A stretch of 64,000 nt of DNA, taken from Phaeosaccion multiseriatum (Eukaryota; Protista; Ochrophyta, other classes). Location: the NCBI GenBank assembly GCA_965112735.1, contig OZ218959.1, forward strand, positions 62,001 to 126,000, read 5' to 3'. The translations under genes were made by a program, and so were the position numbers. The stretch's first letter is position 1. The number at the start of each line of letters is the position of its first letter. A model generated the notes under the pieces. It did no database searches. It saw nothing but the letters and a program-made list of their open reading frames with translations, and was not told the origin of the DNA. Shown piece after piece: positions 46,894 through 59,312 of this stretch.

Positions 46894-48064
46894 AGAGGGG
46901 AGGGGGGGAAGGGGGGAGGGGGGCTCCGGGGGTGAGCCGCTCTTCCGCTGACAGGAGGGAGGGAGGGAGGAAGTGCTTCAAGGTAGAGAGAGAGGGGAGG
47001 GAGGGAGAGAGGTAGGAAGTGCTTCAAGATAGAGAGAGAGGAGAGAGGCCTTTCGCTGGGGACCGAGACGGGCATACGGGCATATGTACACACGCGACAG
47101 CAGGAGGGAGATACCACAAGGCGACGGACGGGTAGCAGTGAGGAGATGGCAGCAGATGGCAGCAGGCGACGGATGCGGGGCGTTGGAGACACGTTCTGCG
47201 AGCACGCAGGGGACTGCTTCTAATTTTGTTAGACATCTATCCATGCCCGTGGCCCATACGCCTCCATCTCCCCCCTTCCCGTCCACTGCCATCCTTGCCA
47301 TCCGGCATGAGGGGCAGAGCCGAAGGGCCGAGGGCCGGCGGGTAGAGCTCGTCTTGCCGGACATTCTTGCTGGACATCCTTGCCGGCCTCGCAGCACTCC
47401 CTAGCACGTCATGCAGAGTCACTCATCACCACTCTGGCTCGCTCACTGCCTCGTAAGTGAGTCAGTCAGTCAGTCAGTCAGTCAGTCAGTCAGTCAGTCA
47501 GGTATGTGCGTTTCAGCTGAGCGAGCGTTCCTCGCCAAGCACTTACTCACTGGAGCGAGGCGAAGCTCTGTTCCCGTCGGTCGATGTGCGTGCCCCATGT
47601 CCCCTCCTGAAGCGCTGGCCGCCCTGGCCACCAGCTGCCATCAGCTGCCATCAGCTGCCATCAGCTGCCATCAGGGCTTAGGTCGCACTCCCTCAGGCCG
47701 CCCACAGCCCCGCATGCAGTGCGAAGGTGCGAGGAGGAAGCGCCGCCTCTTTTGCTTCTCTTGCTCTCTTGCTTCTCCCGACGGGAGGAACGTGACCACG
47801 AGAAAGTCTCAAACTCTGCACGCCGAAGCGCCTTCCCTCTGACCATAAGGCACAACGCACGTATTGCAGCACTTCGCCAGACGGATCGGATGGCAGCATA
47901 CAGATGGCAGCATACAGCACGCGGGACGGTGCGCGCATCACCTCACGCGTCTGAAGTGTCGAGCGAGACAGCGCGGCAAGCAGCAGCGCGGTTGCTGCTG
48001 TCACTCCGACACAACGACCAGCCCCTCTATTGTGTGTCTTTGGTCAGTTAAGTCAGTCAGTCAG

Positions 48065-49905
48065 TCAGTCACAGCCGCTGCTTTCATTGGGCGGCCCCTC
48101 GCTCTCTCCTCTCTGAGACCTCGGTCGCGTGAGCTCCTTCGTAAAGAGCACGGCCTGAGGCTCTGCTGGCCAGGTGGCACTGAGAGCAGATAGCGGAGGA
48201 GAGAGGAGAGACGAGAGAGAAGGGAGGACCCCTTGAGAGCGTCAGAGACTTGCAGGGGGCAGCAGGGGGCAGCAGGGGGCAGCATGACACAGGGAAGGGA
48301 AAAGAGTTGAAAAGCCACAGACGGAGTGAAGACCTTCTCTCTCGCACCTGCCGGCAGTGACAGTGGTGCGGCTCCCGCTGCCCTCTCTTCTCTTGAAGCC
48401 CCGCGCCTCGTACAGCGCCAGCGCGGCCTTGTTCCCCTCCTTGACTTGCAGGCTCAGCGAGCGGAAGCCCCACTCGAAGGCCACCCTCTCGCTGGCGCGC
48501 ATCAGGGCCGAGGCGATGCCCCTCCGCTGGTGGCTGGGGGCCACGAGCAAGTCCGACTGCCGACGACAGTTGAGCAGCAGTAGGGGGTGGGGGGGGTGAG
48601 CCCAAGTCGATGCTCCAGGAAGGGCGATGAGTACACGGACTGCTCCATGTGAAGCGGCGCGTCAAGCAGTACGTAGAGAAGTACGTGAAGCAGCAGTCGC
48701 TCGGCGTCAATGCCGCCACTGCTCTCTCTCTCTCACACACACTCGCCCCTCTTGCTGCATACCCTTCAGACACTTACCACGTACGGCTGAGGCTGGACAG
48801 CTGCGCCCCATCCCCCAGGCGGACATGAGCAGGAGGACACGCAAAAAGTAGGGGAGGGGCGGCAAGAGGAAAGAGTGAGAGGGTGTGGGCCTCCAAACGC
48901 CGTGTGCACAGGACCGGGTCTGGTCAGCAGAGCGACTGGTCAGCAGAGCGACTGGTCAGCAGGCGGGCTCATTGCGAGCAACTCGCGCTGCTTTGGGTTG
49001 GAAACAAGGGCATTATTTGCATCGCAAGACAAGAAGGGGGGATAAGGAATGGAGCCACCCACCGCCTGTCTTGGGATCAGGGGGAAGGGCGCGGCCGTCG
49101 ATATCAACGACGCCCACGATGCATCCGAAGTCGGCCTTGGAGCCGTCACCGCTGCCCAGCGCCTTGAGGTCCAGCGCGATGAGCATCTCGTGCCGCTTGT
49201 CGGCGCTGCGGAAGTTGGCCTGGAGGCGGCTCAGCTCTGCTCTCGCACAGGGGGTGTGGCCAGCGGCCAGCGGAGCGAAATGAGTTGAGAAGACAGGGGC
49301 CATGACAGTAATTGACCTCACCTGCGACTTTGACGAGGAGGGGGGGGAGCCAGGTGGCACCCAAGTCCTTCTTGAACCCCTGCACGGGCAGAGATGAAGA
49401 GCAGGACGGCCTTTGAGGGAACATCCTGATACGGTCACGTTTGATTCGAGCACAAGCAGGTTCACTGCTTCACCTGTATCCCTGTATCCCGCCCCACACT
49501 CACCTTCACAAGAAGTCCGGCCATGTCGTTGAGATTACCGTACTCAGCTGCGAGGATGGCAACGTCGTCCAGACCACGGCCCTCTATATCCAAAAGCTTA
49601 TTAAGCTCAGAGCGACCCAAGCCCATCGTGATTGCGCGGTTCTGCTGCTCGTTCTGTTGAGATTTCTCGTCCTCCTCCTCCTGCTGCTGCCCTTCGCTGC
49701 TTTGGAATGCGTCTGCTAAGACATCAGGCGCACTCTGGGCCGGTCTCCGAGACGAATGGCGCAGACCAGAACCACCAGAATGGGGGGCCCTCGCTCCTCT
49801 CTTGGATTCCTTGGCCGTAGACACAGGAGAAGGGCTGCACGTCCATCCCTCCGCCACCAAGGGAGCCACACACAAGCACCAGCACAGCCACCAGATGAGC
49901 GTCAT
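48065..49905 (-). CDS. GNAT-family N-acetyltransferase, probably plastid-targeted, multi-exon
   Basis: Exons give IVGVVDID...QPYV|SDLLVAPSHQRRGIASALM...LSLQVKEGNKAALALYEARGF...VLFTKEL. Leader MTLIWWLCWCLCVAPLVAEG-WTC is a signal peptide + W. Confidence 0.85.
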
Positions 49906-50115
49906 ATTGGGAAGCTTCTGCCGTCACTGCAAGAGAAAACGGAGAAAACGAGGAATGGGTCACTTTGCGTGTTGGTGGTATACAGTTGAGGATGCGCGCT
50001 GCCTCCACATAGATCCCATCGTAGACCTCATCCTCCCAAAGGAAGGGGTGCGTGGTGGAGTGCCGTGTTGCGCAAGCCGAGTGGGCTCGAAGGCCTTGGT
50101 GGACACGCGGCAGTA

Positions 50116-52260
50116 ATGGCGAGTGAAGAGCAAGACAGAGATGAACTAGAGGGAGGTGGGAGGAGGGGAGGAGGCCTCAGGCAGGCTTTGTCAGACACCA
50201 AGAGCTTCTACCAATGTGTGCTCTACTTCTGGCGAACGCAGGGGACGGTGGAGGAGAGCGGAGCCACGCCGTACGCCGACTGCCCCTACTTCAAAGACCG
50301 CACACAAGCCAAGGTGCAGTGCTACTCGGTGGCACTCATATTCTACTTGTAAGTCCTCCGCCGCTGAGGAGCAGCAGGGCTAGCGCGTGCGGCCGCGCCC
50401 CCCGGTTGTCGTCAGTTGGGAGGGATGGGAGGTTCGCTGAGTTGCTGGGGGTCGTCGGCATTGTTTTCTTTCCTCTCTCACGTTGCGGTCTCGCATGAGT
50501 GAGCATCTGCTGGTGATGGACGCATATGACCAATCTTCCCTCGCTGTGAATCATGCCGACGTGCTACCAACTGCTGCTTCTTCTCCCTGCTCCGCCTGCC
50601 CCGCCCAGATGGTCCAAGCCGCACTACAGGAACGGCTCCTTCCAGGAGGACATGGTCAAGAACCTCCGGAACGTCGCTGTGCCCGGCAGCGGTGTGCCTC
50701 TGAGCCTCTTTTGCCACTTGAGGGCCACCGTCGCGCTGCTGCTGCTCGTCATCAACCCCTGGCTGTGCCTCGTGGCTGCTCTGCATGGTAGCAGGAAGAC
50801 TGGTGAGAGGGTAGGAGCAGGACAGAGCAGCTCGATGGGGTGCTGTGGCGACCCGAGCCATCGCCTGAGACCGCCTCCTACCTCCCTCCTACCTCCCTCC
50901 TTCCCTCCCTCCCTCCCTACCTACCTACCTGCTTGCCTCCCTCCCTGCTGCCCGTGCCTGGACAGGGCGAGCCTGGGGCGACATTTACTCCGAGCAGCTG
51001 CTGGAGCCGCGGGACTGGTTCAGTTACTGGAGGCTGAACTGCCGCCTGGCCAGCTACCACTCCCTAGAGACCAAGGCCCAGGGCTACGAGATGGAGAACA
51101 AATGGACCTTCCTCACCGCGGGGGAGGAGCAGGGCGTACCTGTGTCCCCCTCTCTCGACGTGCCCGCCCTTGTCATTAAGGACCAGAACGGTGCGTGAGC
51201 TTATACCCTAAGACCGGGGGGGCGGTCAAGGTCATAGGAAGGGAGTGGCCTGCCTGCTTGCCTGCCTGCCAGCTTGTCTGCCTGCTTGCCTGCCTGCCTA
51301 CCTGCCTGCTTGCCTGCCTGCTTGCCTGCCTGCCTACGCGCTTGCCTGTCTGCCTGCCTGTCTGTCTTCCTGCCCGTCTCTTTTTTTCGTTCTCCCTGTT
51401 GGCTGTCTGCTTGTTCGTCTCTCTATCTCTCACTCACTTACTCTCTCTTTTTATTTCTCTCTCACTGCCCCTCTCTCCGTCTGTCCGTCTGTCCGTCTTT
51501 CTGTCTGTCTGTCTGTCCGTCTGCCCGTCCGTCTGCTACCGTCTGTGCTGCGTCCGTCTCAGAGGAGGGCGGGATGGGCATCTTTTTCTACAAGAACGCA
51601 AGGGAGGGCGGGTCGTGGATCATCCAGGAGAGGCTGCACAACAGGTCAGTGGATGCGTTCGGCAAGTCAGGGGGGCAGGAAGTAAGTCAATGGATCCGGA
51701 AGTCAGTGGATCATCATCCAGAGGCTGCAGGGCAGGTCTGTCTGTAGGGTGGATCTCTCTCTCTGTCTGTCTTTCATTTCCACACAAAGAAGATGAGTTA
51801 GCCCTTCAAAGAGGCCCAAGCCGTTGGCCCAAGGCATTGAGTGTGTTGTGTCTCTTCCTCATGTGTCATGTGTCGATCGTCCTGTCTTGCACTCGAGCAG
51901 CCCCTTTGTGGCCTCCATACTGCCTCCAGACACGCCACTCTCCACCATGAGGGTCATCACCGCCTCGCGCTGGTGGCTGGAGGAGAAGAAGCGGCAGCAG
52001 GGAGGGGGGCAGGAGGAGCAGGAGCAGCTCGGCAGGGGGGGCAGGCGGGGCCCCAAGAGAGTGGCCAAGACAAAGGCCAGGGGGGGCAAGGCCACTGACG
52101 GGGTTGGCGACGACTCTGGCCTGGTGGAGGCGCTGTCGTGTGTGTTTAGGGCGGGCATGGCAGGTGCGTCAACAGATCACTCGTCCATCCTCTTCGATGT
52201 GGACCAGGCGTCGGGGGAAATCCTTAAAGGTATGTGTGTGCACATGTGCGTGAGTGTGTA

Positions 52261-52317
<57 letters not shown>

Positions 52318-53147
52318 GTGCGTTAGTGTGTGTGTGTGCGTGTGTGTTGGCGTGCTGAGGCGTCGAAAACAAAGGCCGCGAGTGCGTGGAGGATAGAGGT
52401 GGCGTGTGTCGCAGACAGGAGAGCAATAAGTCAGTGGCGTGTGTAGAGTAAGTCAGTGGCGTGTGGCAGACAGGAGGGACAAGGCAGAGTAGTCGAATGA
52501 GGGCGCCCTCTCTGCTGCCTACGGCGTTGCCGTTGTCCCTCTTCCCTTGCCTAACTGAGTAAGTCCACCCCCCTCCCTCTCTCTATCCTCAGGCACGACT
52601 AACAACCACTGGTACGAGCTGGGCCCCGCCAAGGCCCTCAAGTGCCCGTGGCTCAGCACTCACGACACCACTGCGCATCCCGACAGCGGGGGGCAGGTGT
52701 CTGGGGCGGTCATCCCCGACATGACGGCCATCATCCAAATGGTCAAGGACAGTAAGTGACTCGTACATGGATAGATGCTCAAGAACCATCAAGAGCAAAT
52801 ACGGACAGTTTCCTCTCCCTTCCTCCCTCGGACATCCACTCCCCCTCCTTTCTCACCCCCCTCCACTCCCCGTCCCCTACCCTACCCTACCCTACCCTTC
52901 CCCTTCCGTGCCACCAACTGCTGCAGGCCACTGGAAGCTGCTGAAGGACGTGCCCCTGGTCGGGTGGGACGTGGCTATGTGCGAGTCGGGTACGTTCCTG
53001 CTGGAGGTCAACCTGTCGTGCAACTTCTTCCGTGGCTCCTTCGACAACGACCGTTACGTGGCCTTCGTGCACGAGTACTTTGTGGCGCTGGAGCAGCTCA
53101 GGGCGGCAAGGGTGGGGGAGGGCGGCACAGAGGACAAGCAGGACTGA
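50116..53147 (+). CDS. ATP-grasp protein (sugar-transfer-associated / alpha-L-glutamate ligase-related type), multi-exon
   Basis: Motifs MENKWTF, LVIKDQN|EEGGMGIFF, WIIQERLHN, PLSTMRVIT, HPDSG..VSGAVIP and LVGWDVAMCESGTFLLEVN. Confidence 0.8.
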
Positions 53148-53793
53148 GTGAGTGAGTGAGGGAGGGAGTAAGGCCGTCGTCAGAAAAGCGGGTGTTTGAA
53201 GTAGAGGACGTAGCGTTAAGGCTACGTAAGGCTACGTAAGGGGCACCAGAGAGGATGGAGGGGATAGAGGGAGGGACGAGAGCGCCCCTGTTCCGCCCAC
53301 CCCGGGGAAAAGCATCTTCTACAGAGCAGCGTAGGGCCCGAGGGGGATGACAATCGCCAGAGTCGTGGACACAGAGAGTCGTGGAGACAGAGTAGATGGA
53401 GCAAGGACGTTCCTTCGAATCAACTGTAACTGTCAGTCCGCCAGTTACGTAGCGTCCATTGTAGCTGTCCTCTGCCCCGTACAGAGTTCTTACGAATAGC
53501 TCTGCTCTACTCTCTATATGTACCAATCAACCTCCTCGACTTCAACAAGCTTGTCTCGACTCTCTGCCTCCCTGCTCCATGCATGGCTGGTGCCTGTGTG
53601 TCGGACTCCCATCTCGGCCCAACTTCAACTTCGGCTCAGCCCAGCTAAGCACGGGGAGTGAGTCGGGCTGTCTGCCACCCTACCTGCCCCACGCAAGGCC
53701 CTGCCCCACGCAAGGCCCTGCCCCAAGCAAGACCCTGGGGGCTCCCCTCGTCCCTCGGCTTCTCTCCGACGCGTGCCACTCATCCCTTCCTCC

Positions 53794-55196
53794 TCACGCC
53801 GTGTCCTCGGTAGCCTCGCCCTCCACCCGCATCTGCTCCAGACGCTCCTGCTGCTGAACCACCAACTGCTCCTGCTGCTCCTTCTCCTCCTGCTGCTGCT
53901 TGAGTTCCTTCTGCTCCTCCTCCCATGGAGTTCCATATAGAGCCGCCACTGTCCTCCATCCCTTGGGGAAGCCGCTGGACCCGTCCGGTCCCTTGGCCAT
54001 GACCACGCCTTGCGCTCCCACCGCCCCCCCGCCCTTCTTGGCATTGGCGTTGCTCAGCTTGAGGGCAGTCCGCAGCCTGAGGTTGAGTCCCTTCCTTCTT
54101 GCCGTGAGTGCTCCCATGTCTTGCGTGCGAATGACTCCCACCACCGTGGGTAGAAGTTCTCCGTGCCTGCCCACCCGCTCCCCTCCGCTGTAGTCCGGCG
54201 GCAGCGATACGTAGCTCACCTCCTCCCCCTCGCGAATCACTACCACCGGCCCCACCATGCCCTCGATCTTGAAGCACAACGCCTCCGCATCCGCATCGCC
54301 ATCTGTGCCTCCTCCGTCGCCGTCTGTGGCTGTGGCGGGTTTTAGATAGCCCACCCCTTTGTCCACGTCCACCTTGCGCACTGTGGCGAGCTTGACGCAC
54401 CCCGGCGCGGCCCTCCTCAGCACCTTCATCTTTGTCACTCTGCTGCCGCCGCTGCCCCCTGCGCTGCTGTTGCTTGCCTTGGCGCCCCTCCTCGTCCTCA
54501 GCACCGAGAACTCAATTACGTCCCCCAGCTTGAGCGTGTCCCCGGGGGGCAGGGCCTCCTCGAGCTCGGAAACCACAAAGGGCATGTGCTTGAAGGCCGC
54601 CAGGGAGGGGCCGCGCGGCTGAGGGGCCTGCATCATCTTCTTCTTCTTGGAGGGGGCGGGGCTGAGCTGCTCGGCCTCGTCGCTTGCTGCTGCTGCTGCT
54701 GCTTCTCCCTTCTGCTCGACATCGGCGGCTGCTGCTTGTCCCTCGCCCACCCCCACCTTGTCGTCGGCGGCGGGAGGGGCCGCAGGAGGGGCAGCAGCAG
54801 CAGCAGCAGCAGCAGCAGCCCCCCCCTCGACCTCTACTTCGCCCCCCGCTGCTGCTGCTGCCGCCGGTGGTGCGTCAGGCGGCTGCTCGGTGGCGGCTGC
54901 CACGACGGGCTTCGGCGAGGGCAGCACACACACAGTGCCCTCGAAAGCGTCCGCCTGCCCCGCGCTCACGTCTTCCTCGTCCCCCACGGGCAAGTCTTTT
55001 ACGTTGCGCGGCGCCACCACTACAATGCCTGTGAAGCGCTCTGGCAGCTCGTCCTCCAAGGCTGAGGACATACTCGGCGCCTTGCTCATCTTCACGCTCC
55101 CCTTGGGAAGCTTGCGCACCTGCACGGCCACGGTCTTCCCCTGGCGCTGCCCCTTGCGGTAACTCACCTCCTGGCCTCTCTCAATGATGTCCTCCC

Positions 55197-55229
<33 letters not shown>

Positions 55230-58200
55230 CCTGTTGCTGCCCCTGTCCCTGCGCCTGCTGCCCCTCCTCCGGCAGGACCTCGGTGAGGTGGAAGAACACA
55301 CGCTCCGCAGCGGGGCCGGAGTCTGTGATGAAAGCAAAGTGGCGATCGTACTGTACACTCGCCACCACCCCCTTGAGCTCCAAGCCTCCCTCCCCCTCCC
55401 TCCTCACGTTAGGGCCCTGCTTGACCACCTGGATGTTGACGGCCTTCTTCTTCCTCGTGGTGCGGTCGAACACAAGGTCGAAGGACACCTCGTCGCCGTT
55501 GAAGAGCCCAAGCCCTCTGTCCTTGATGTCCTGGCTCTTGAACTTGATCTGCGGCACGAGCAGCTGTGCGTTGTTCTGCTGCTGCTGCTTGCGCTGCCGG
55601 GCGCGGTCTTCCGCGCTCTTCTCGGAGGGCAACTCACCCTCCTTAAGCCTGTACACGACCACGGCGCGTGTGGCCTGCGCTTCCTCCCCCACGCTCCGGT
55701 GGCCGAGGCCCATCTCAAACGCCAGCGCGTGCACTGCCGCCCTCTGCGCCGCCGTGAGGCTGCCGGGCAGAACAAGGTCCTGCTCGTCGCTGTCCTTGAA
55801 GCGCTGGAGGCAGCTGTAGATGTCAGGGTGCGTCACCTGTGGCTCCACAAAGAGAAGCTTCTGCCCGGCCTCGCGCTGAGCCTCCCTCGCCGCCTCTTTC
55901 GCCGCCTCTGCCTCTGTTTCGCTTTGCCCCTCGACCTTAGCAACATCGACATCGACACCGATATCGACATCGGGAGCATCGACATTGATGGTGCCCATGC
56001 CGTTCCCCTTGGCCTCGAAGGCCACCTTGCCCGTGAGGCCAGTCCTGACCGTCTTCTCGAACCACACGCTGCCCTTGGGGAGTACCTCCAAACGCGTGGC
56101 CTTGGGCTTGTCTCTGTCGCTACCGCCGCCTCCTCTGCCGCCCCTGCTGTCCCTGCCATAGCCAGAGCCGTCCCTAGAGCCATCCCTGCCGTTGCCATCC
56201 CTGCCCCCCCCCTGCACTTCCAAGTTGAAGCGCACTTCGGCCCCCTCCTTGATGTCCACCATCCCCCGCCACACGTCCCGCTGCAGGAAGAAGAAGTTGC
56301 CCGTCTGCCCGCAGGCCCGAATGAAGCCAAAGCCCCCCTCTTTCACCTTGTCCACGACCCCCTCCTGCCGCAGCTCGCGGAGCCGCACGAGGCGAATGTT
56401 CTTGGCGACGACGGTCCCGTCAAGTTTCAACACGTACAGGTCCGCCTTGAGCACATCCCCCCTCTCCAGATAGGGCATGTCTGCCTGCGAGGTGCCACCG
56501 CCCAACGCACACACGTCGCTGGCCATGAAAGGCACCGTCACGCCCTTTTCTGCTGCCGCCGCTGCGCCTCCTGCTTCCTTACCCTCCTCAGTCGCCTCTT
56601 CTGCCTGGTCACCACTCTCTGTGCCCCCCCCGCTCTGCTCTGCGTTACCGCCCTCTCCGTCAGCCCCCTCCTTGCCACCCTCACCTGCCGACACACCCGG
56701 CTTGACATCAGGCTTGACATCAGGCTTGACATCAGGCTTGACATCGGGCTTGAACACGGCATACCCGGGGCGCTTGTCTTTATCGTTACCATAGCCCTGT
56801 TCGTAGCGCGGCTCCTTGGGCTCCTTATCCACCAGCCCGTACACGTCCTTCTGCAGCAGCTCCTCGAACGTCACCGTCCCCGCCGGCAGAGCCTTCACCC
56901 CCACCGCCCGCAGGGTCTGGTGCTGCCTGCCGCCTCCCCCCCCTCCTCCTTCGTCCAACACCACCCAGAACTCAACTTCTGCGCCTTCCTCCACAGACGC
57001 ACACTCCCGCGAGAAGTACACCTTTGGGTGAACAGGCGCAGAGAGGGGCAGGGAGAGCGAGAGTGAGACCGAGAGACAAGACGAAGAGAGAGGAGGCCCC
57101 ATGTGACAGGCAGAGGGAAGGGGAGGAGGGAACGAAACGAAAAAAGCGACCTATGAGAGGGCAGTGAGCAAAGGAGCACAACTCTCCCAGTCCAATCACT
57201 CCCTCACTCACACTCTCCCAGCCAATCACTCACACACTCACTCACTCACTCACTCACTCACCAGCTCTCTCCTCCGCACCGACCGGATGGCACCCTGCTG
57301 CCCCCCATCCGCCCCGCCCCCCGAGTGGCGCTGCACCTTCCCCTGCTCCTTGTCCACCCCTTGCTCCTCCAGCGCCTTGATAGACGCAGCCTCTGCCTTG
57401 ACTCGGGCCGAGACGAGCAGGCGGATGTCAACGGCCTTCAGCGCCCCGGTGGGCTTGTACATGACGAGCGAGAACTCCACCTCGTCCCCGCGGCATAGAC
57501 TACCTCCCCTGCTGGACTGGAGCAGAGCGGCGGAGGCCCCAGAGGAGGTGTACTCAGCCTTGCAGCCACCGAGGTCTGCAGGCAGGGGCAAAGCCTCGCC
57601 CTCCACAGACGCCGCTGCTCCTCCTTCTCCGCCCCCCCCATCGGCGGTGGCTTCCTTCGGCACCGGAGCCAGCCCCTCCAGCTTGATGCTCCCGCTGTCT
57701 TCGTCCGCCTGGCCTGACCTGCCCCCCCCCATGCCTCCGGCGCTGTCCCTCCTGCCGCCGCCATCCATCCTCCCGTCCCTGCTCCTCCTCCTCCCGTAGC
57801 CGCTGCTCCTCGCGACCTGCTCCACAGTACCCCTGAAGGCCCCGTCCAGCGGCCGCTCGAAGGACACCGTGCCCTTGGGCAGCACCTGTACTCGGAGTGC
57901 GCACTCCCTGCCCGAGCGAGACTCCGCCCGTATGAATTGGACCTCCTCCCCCTGTGTGACGGGCCCGTCCGCCTCGCTGAAGTGGAAAAAGAGATCGTTG
58001 GGGTTGGAGCAGCAGCGGATGAAGCCGAAGTCGTTCTTCAGCCCGCACACAACCCCCTCCTCCTTCTCTGCCGGTGGGTTGTGGTTGCCGTTCCTTCCGC
58101 CTCCCCTGCCGCCTCCCTGCTGCTGCTGGTCCTGGTGAGAAGGCATGGGTCTTGACTTTTGCCAGTGGGAGCTTGCCCGCCCACCATCGCCCCCGTCCCC

Positions 58201-58855
58201 CCCTCCTCCTCCTCCTCCTCCCCCCCCACCCCGCCCCATGTCCTTGGGTGGCTCCGCTCCGAGCTTGGGAAATGCATCCTCCCCACCCCCCCCTCGATGG
58301 TCGTATCCGCCCCCCCCACCCCTGGAGTGCTGCTGATTGCCGTAGCGACTATCCCTGTCATAGCCTCCACCTCCGCCCCGCTGATCGCCTCGCTGCTGGT
58401 ATTGCTGCTGCTGCCCCTGGTGGCCATCTCTGTTGACAGTGCAAAAGAAGACACGCAGCGTGGTAACATAAGACAGAGTCAGCACTACGAGAGAGACAAA
58501 ACATTCAGACGCCCGCTGCTTGTGCTTGTCCGCTCCCCGCCGGCTCACCCGCCGTTCGCTGCACCCCTCTCCCATCTGTCGCTGTCAGCTCCCTGTCCCG
58601 AGCCGCCGTTTCGCCCCGCGTAGGGCCTGAGAGAGAGTGAGAGGGAGAGAGAGGGGGGGGAAGAGAGATGGAGAGGGAGAGAGGGAGACAGCATGTCGAG
58701 AGAGTGTCACAGTGTGAAAATGAGGTGACTTGCCATGGCCCTCATGTGAGTGAGACGGCCATGCCATTCCACGCCATGCCCGCAGGTGCGGAGAAGGGCC
58801 TGAAGCTACACTCCATTCCGTACCGCGATGAATTGTTGTAGGGGTTTTGACTCAT
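53794..58855 (-). CDS. CSDE1: Multi-cold-shock-domain RNA-binding protein, CSDE1/UNR-like, with R3H and C-terminal SUZ-C motif
   Basis: Several CSDs (GVVCGLKNDFGFIRC..DLFFHFSE; GVVDKVKEGGFGFI..NFFF; HFAFITD..RVFFHLTE) and VxVLPKGTVxFE linkers. R3H segment LTAAQRAAVHALAFEMGLGHRSVG. SUZ-C-like AKGPDGSSGF. Probable ATG at 58855 in a short first exon. Confidence 0.8.
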
Positions 58856-59312
58856 AGCTGCTCAGGTGCTCTCAAGTGGTGTTCCCCAAAAAGTGGGTAT
58901 CCTGCTTCCTCCTTTGCGCAAAAGCAAACAGACCAGAGAGCCAAGAGAGAGAGAGAGAGAGAGCGCGCTTAGCAGCTAAGACTGGATCCACGACACATTG
59001 CTCCTTTTAGGCTGGGGTTCTCCTTTTACAGAGAAGGTTTTTTTTAATGGGGCGAGTGGCGATCGAGCAACCCTCCCGGAGGTGCGTGCCCCCTCCCGTG
59101 CATACAAAATCTTTTTTTACATCTCAGATACTTGATAGCTTGAAGCAGCCAAAAGGAGACCAGCGACGGTGTGTAAGAGACAGCGCAGATAGAAAGGTAC
59201 TTGCGGAGGAGAGGAGCGGCAGAAGAAGCAGAAGGAACCCGCAAGTCGGGGAAGGCAGGGAACAAGAGAAAAGGGGAGGGGGGAGGAAAAGAAGAGCTGA
59301 CACAAGCCCGCC

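Noticed and set aside
55234-57066. 610 aa plus-strand ORF
   Set aside because: Antisense shadow of the GC-rich CSDE1-like exon; no domain features.
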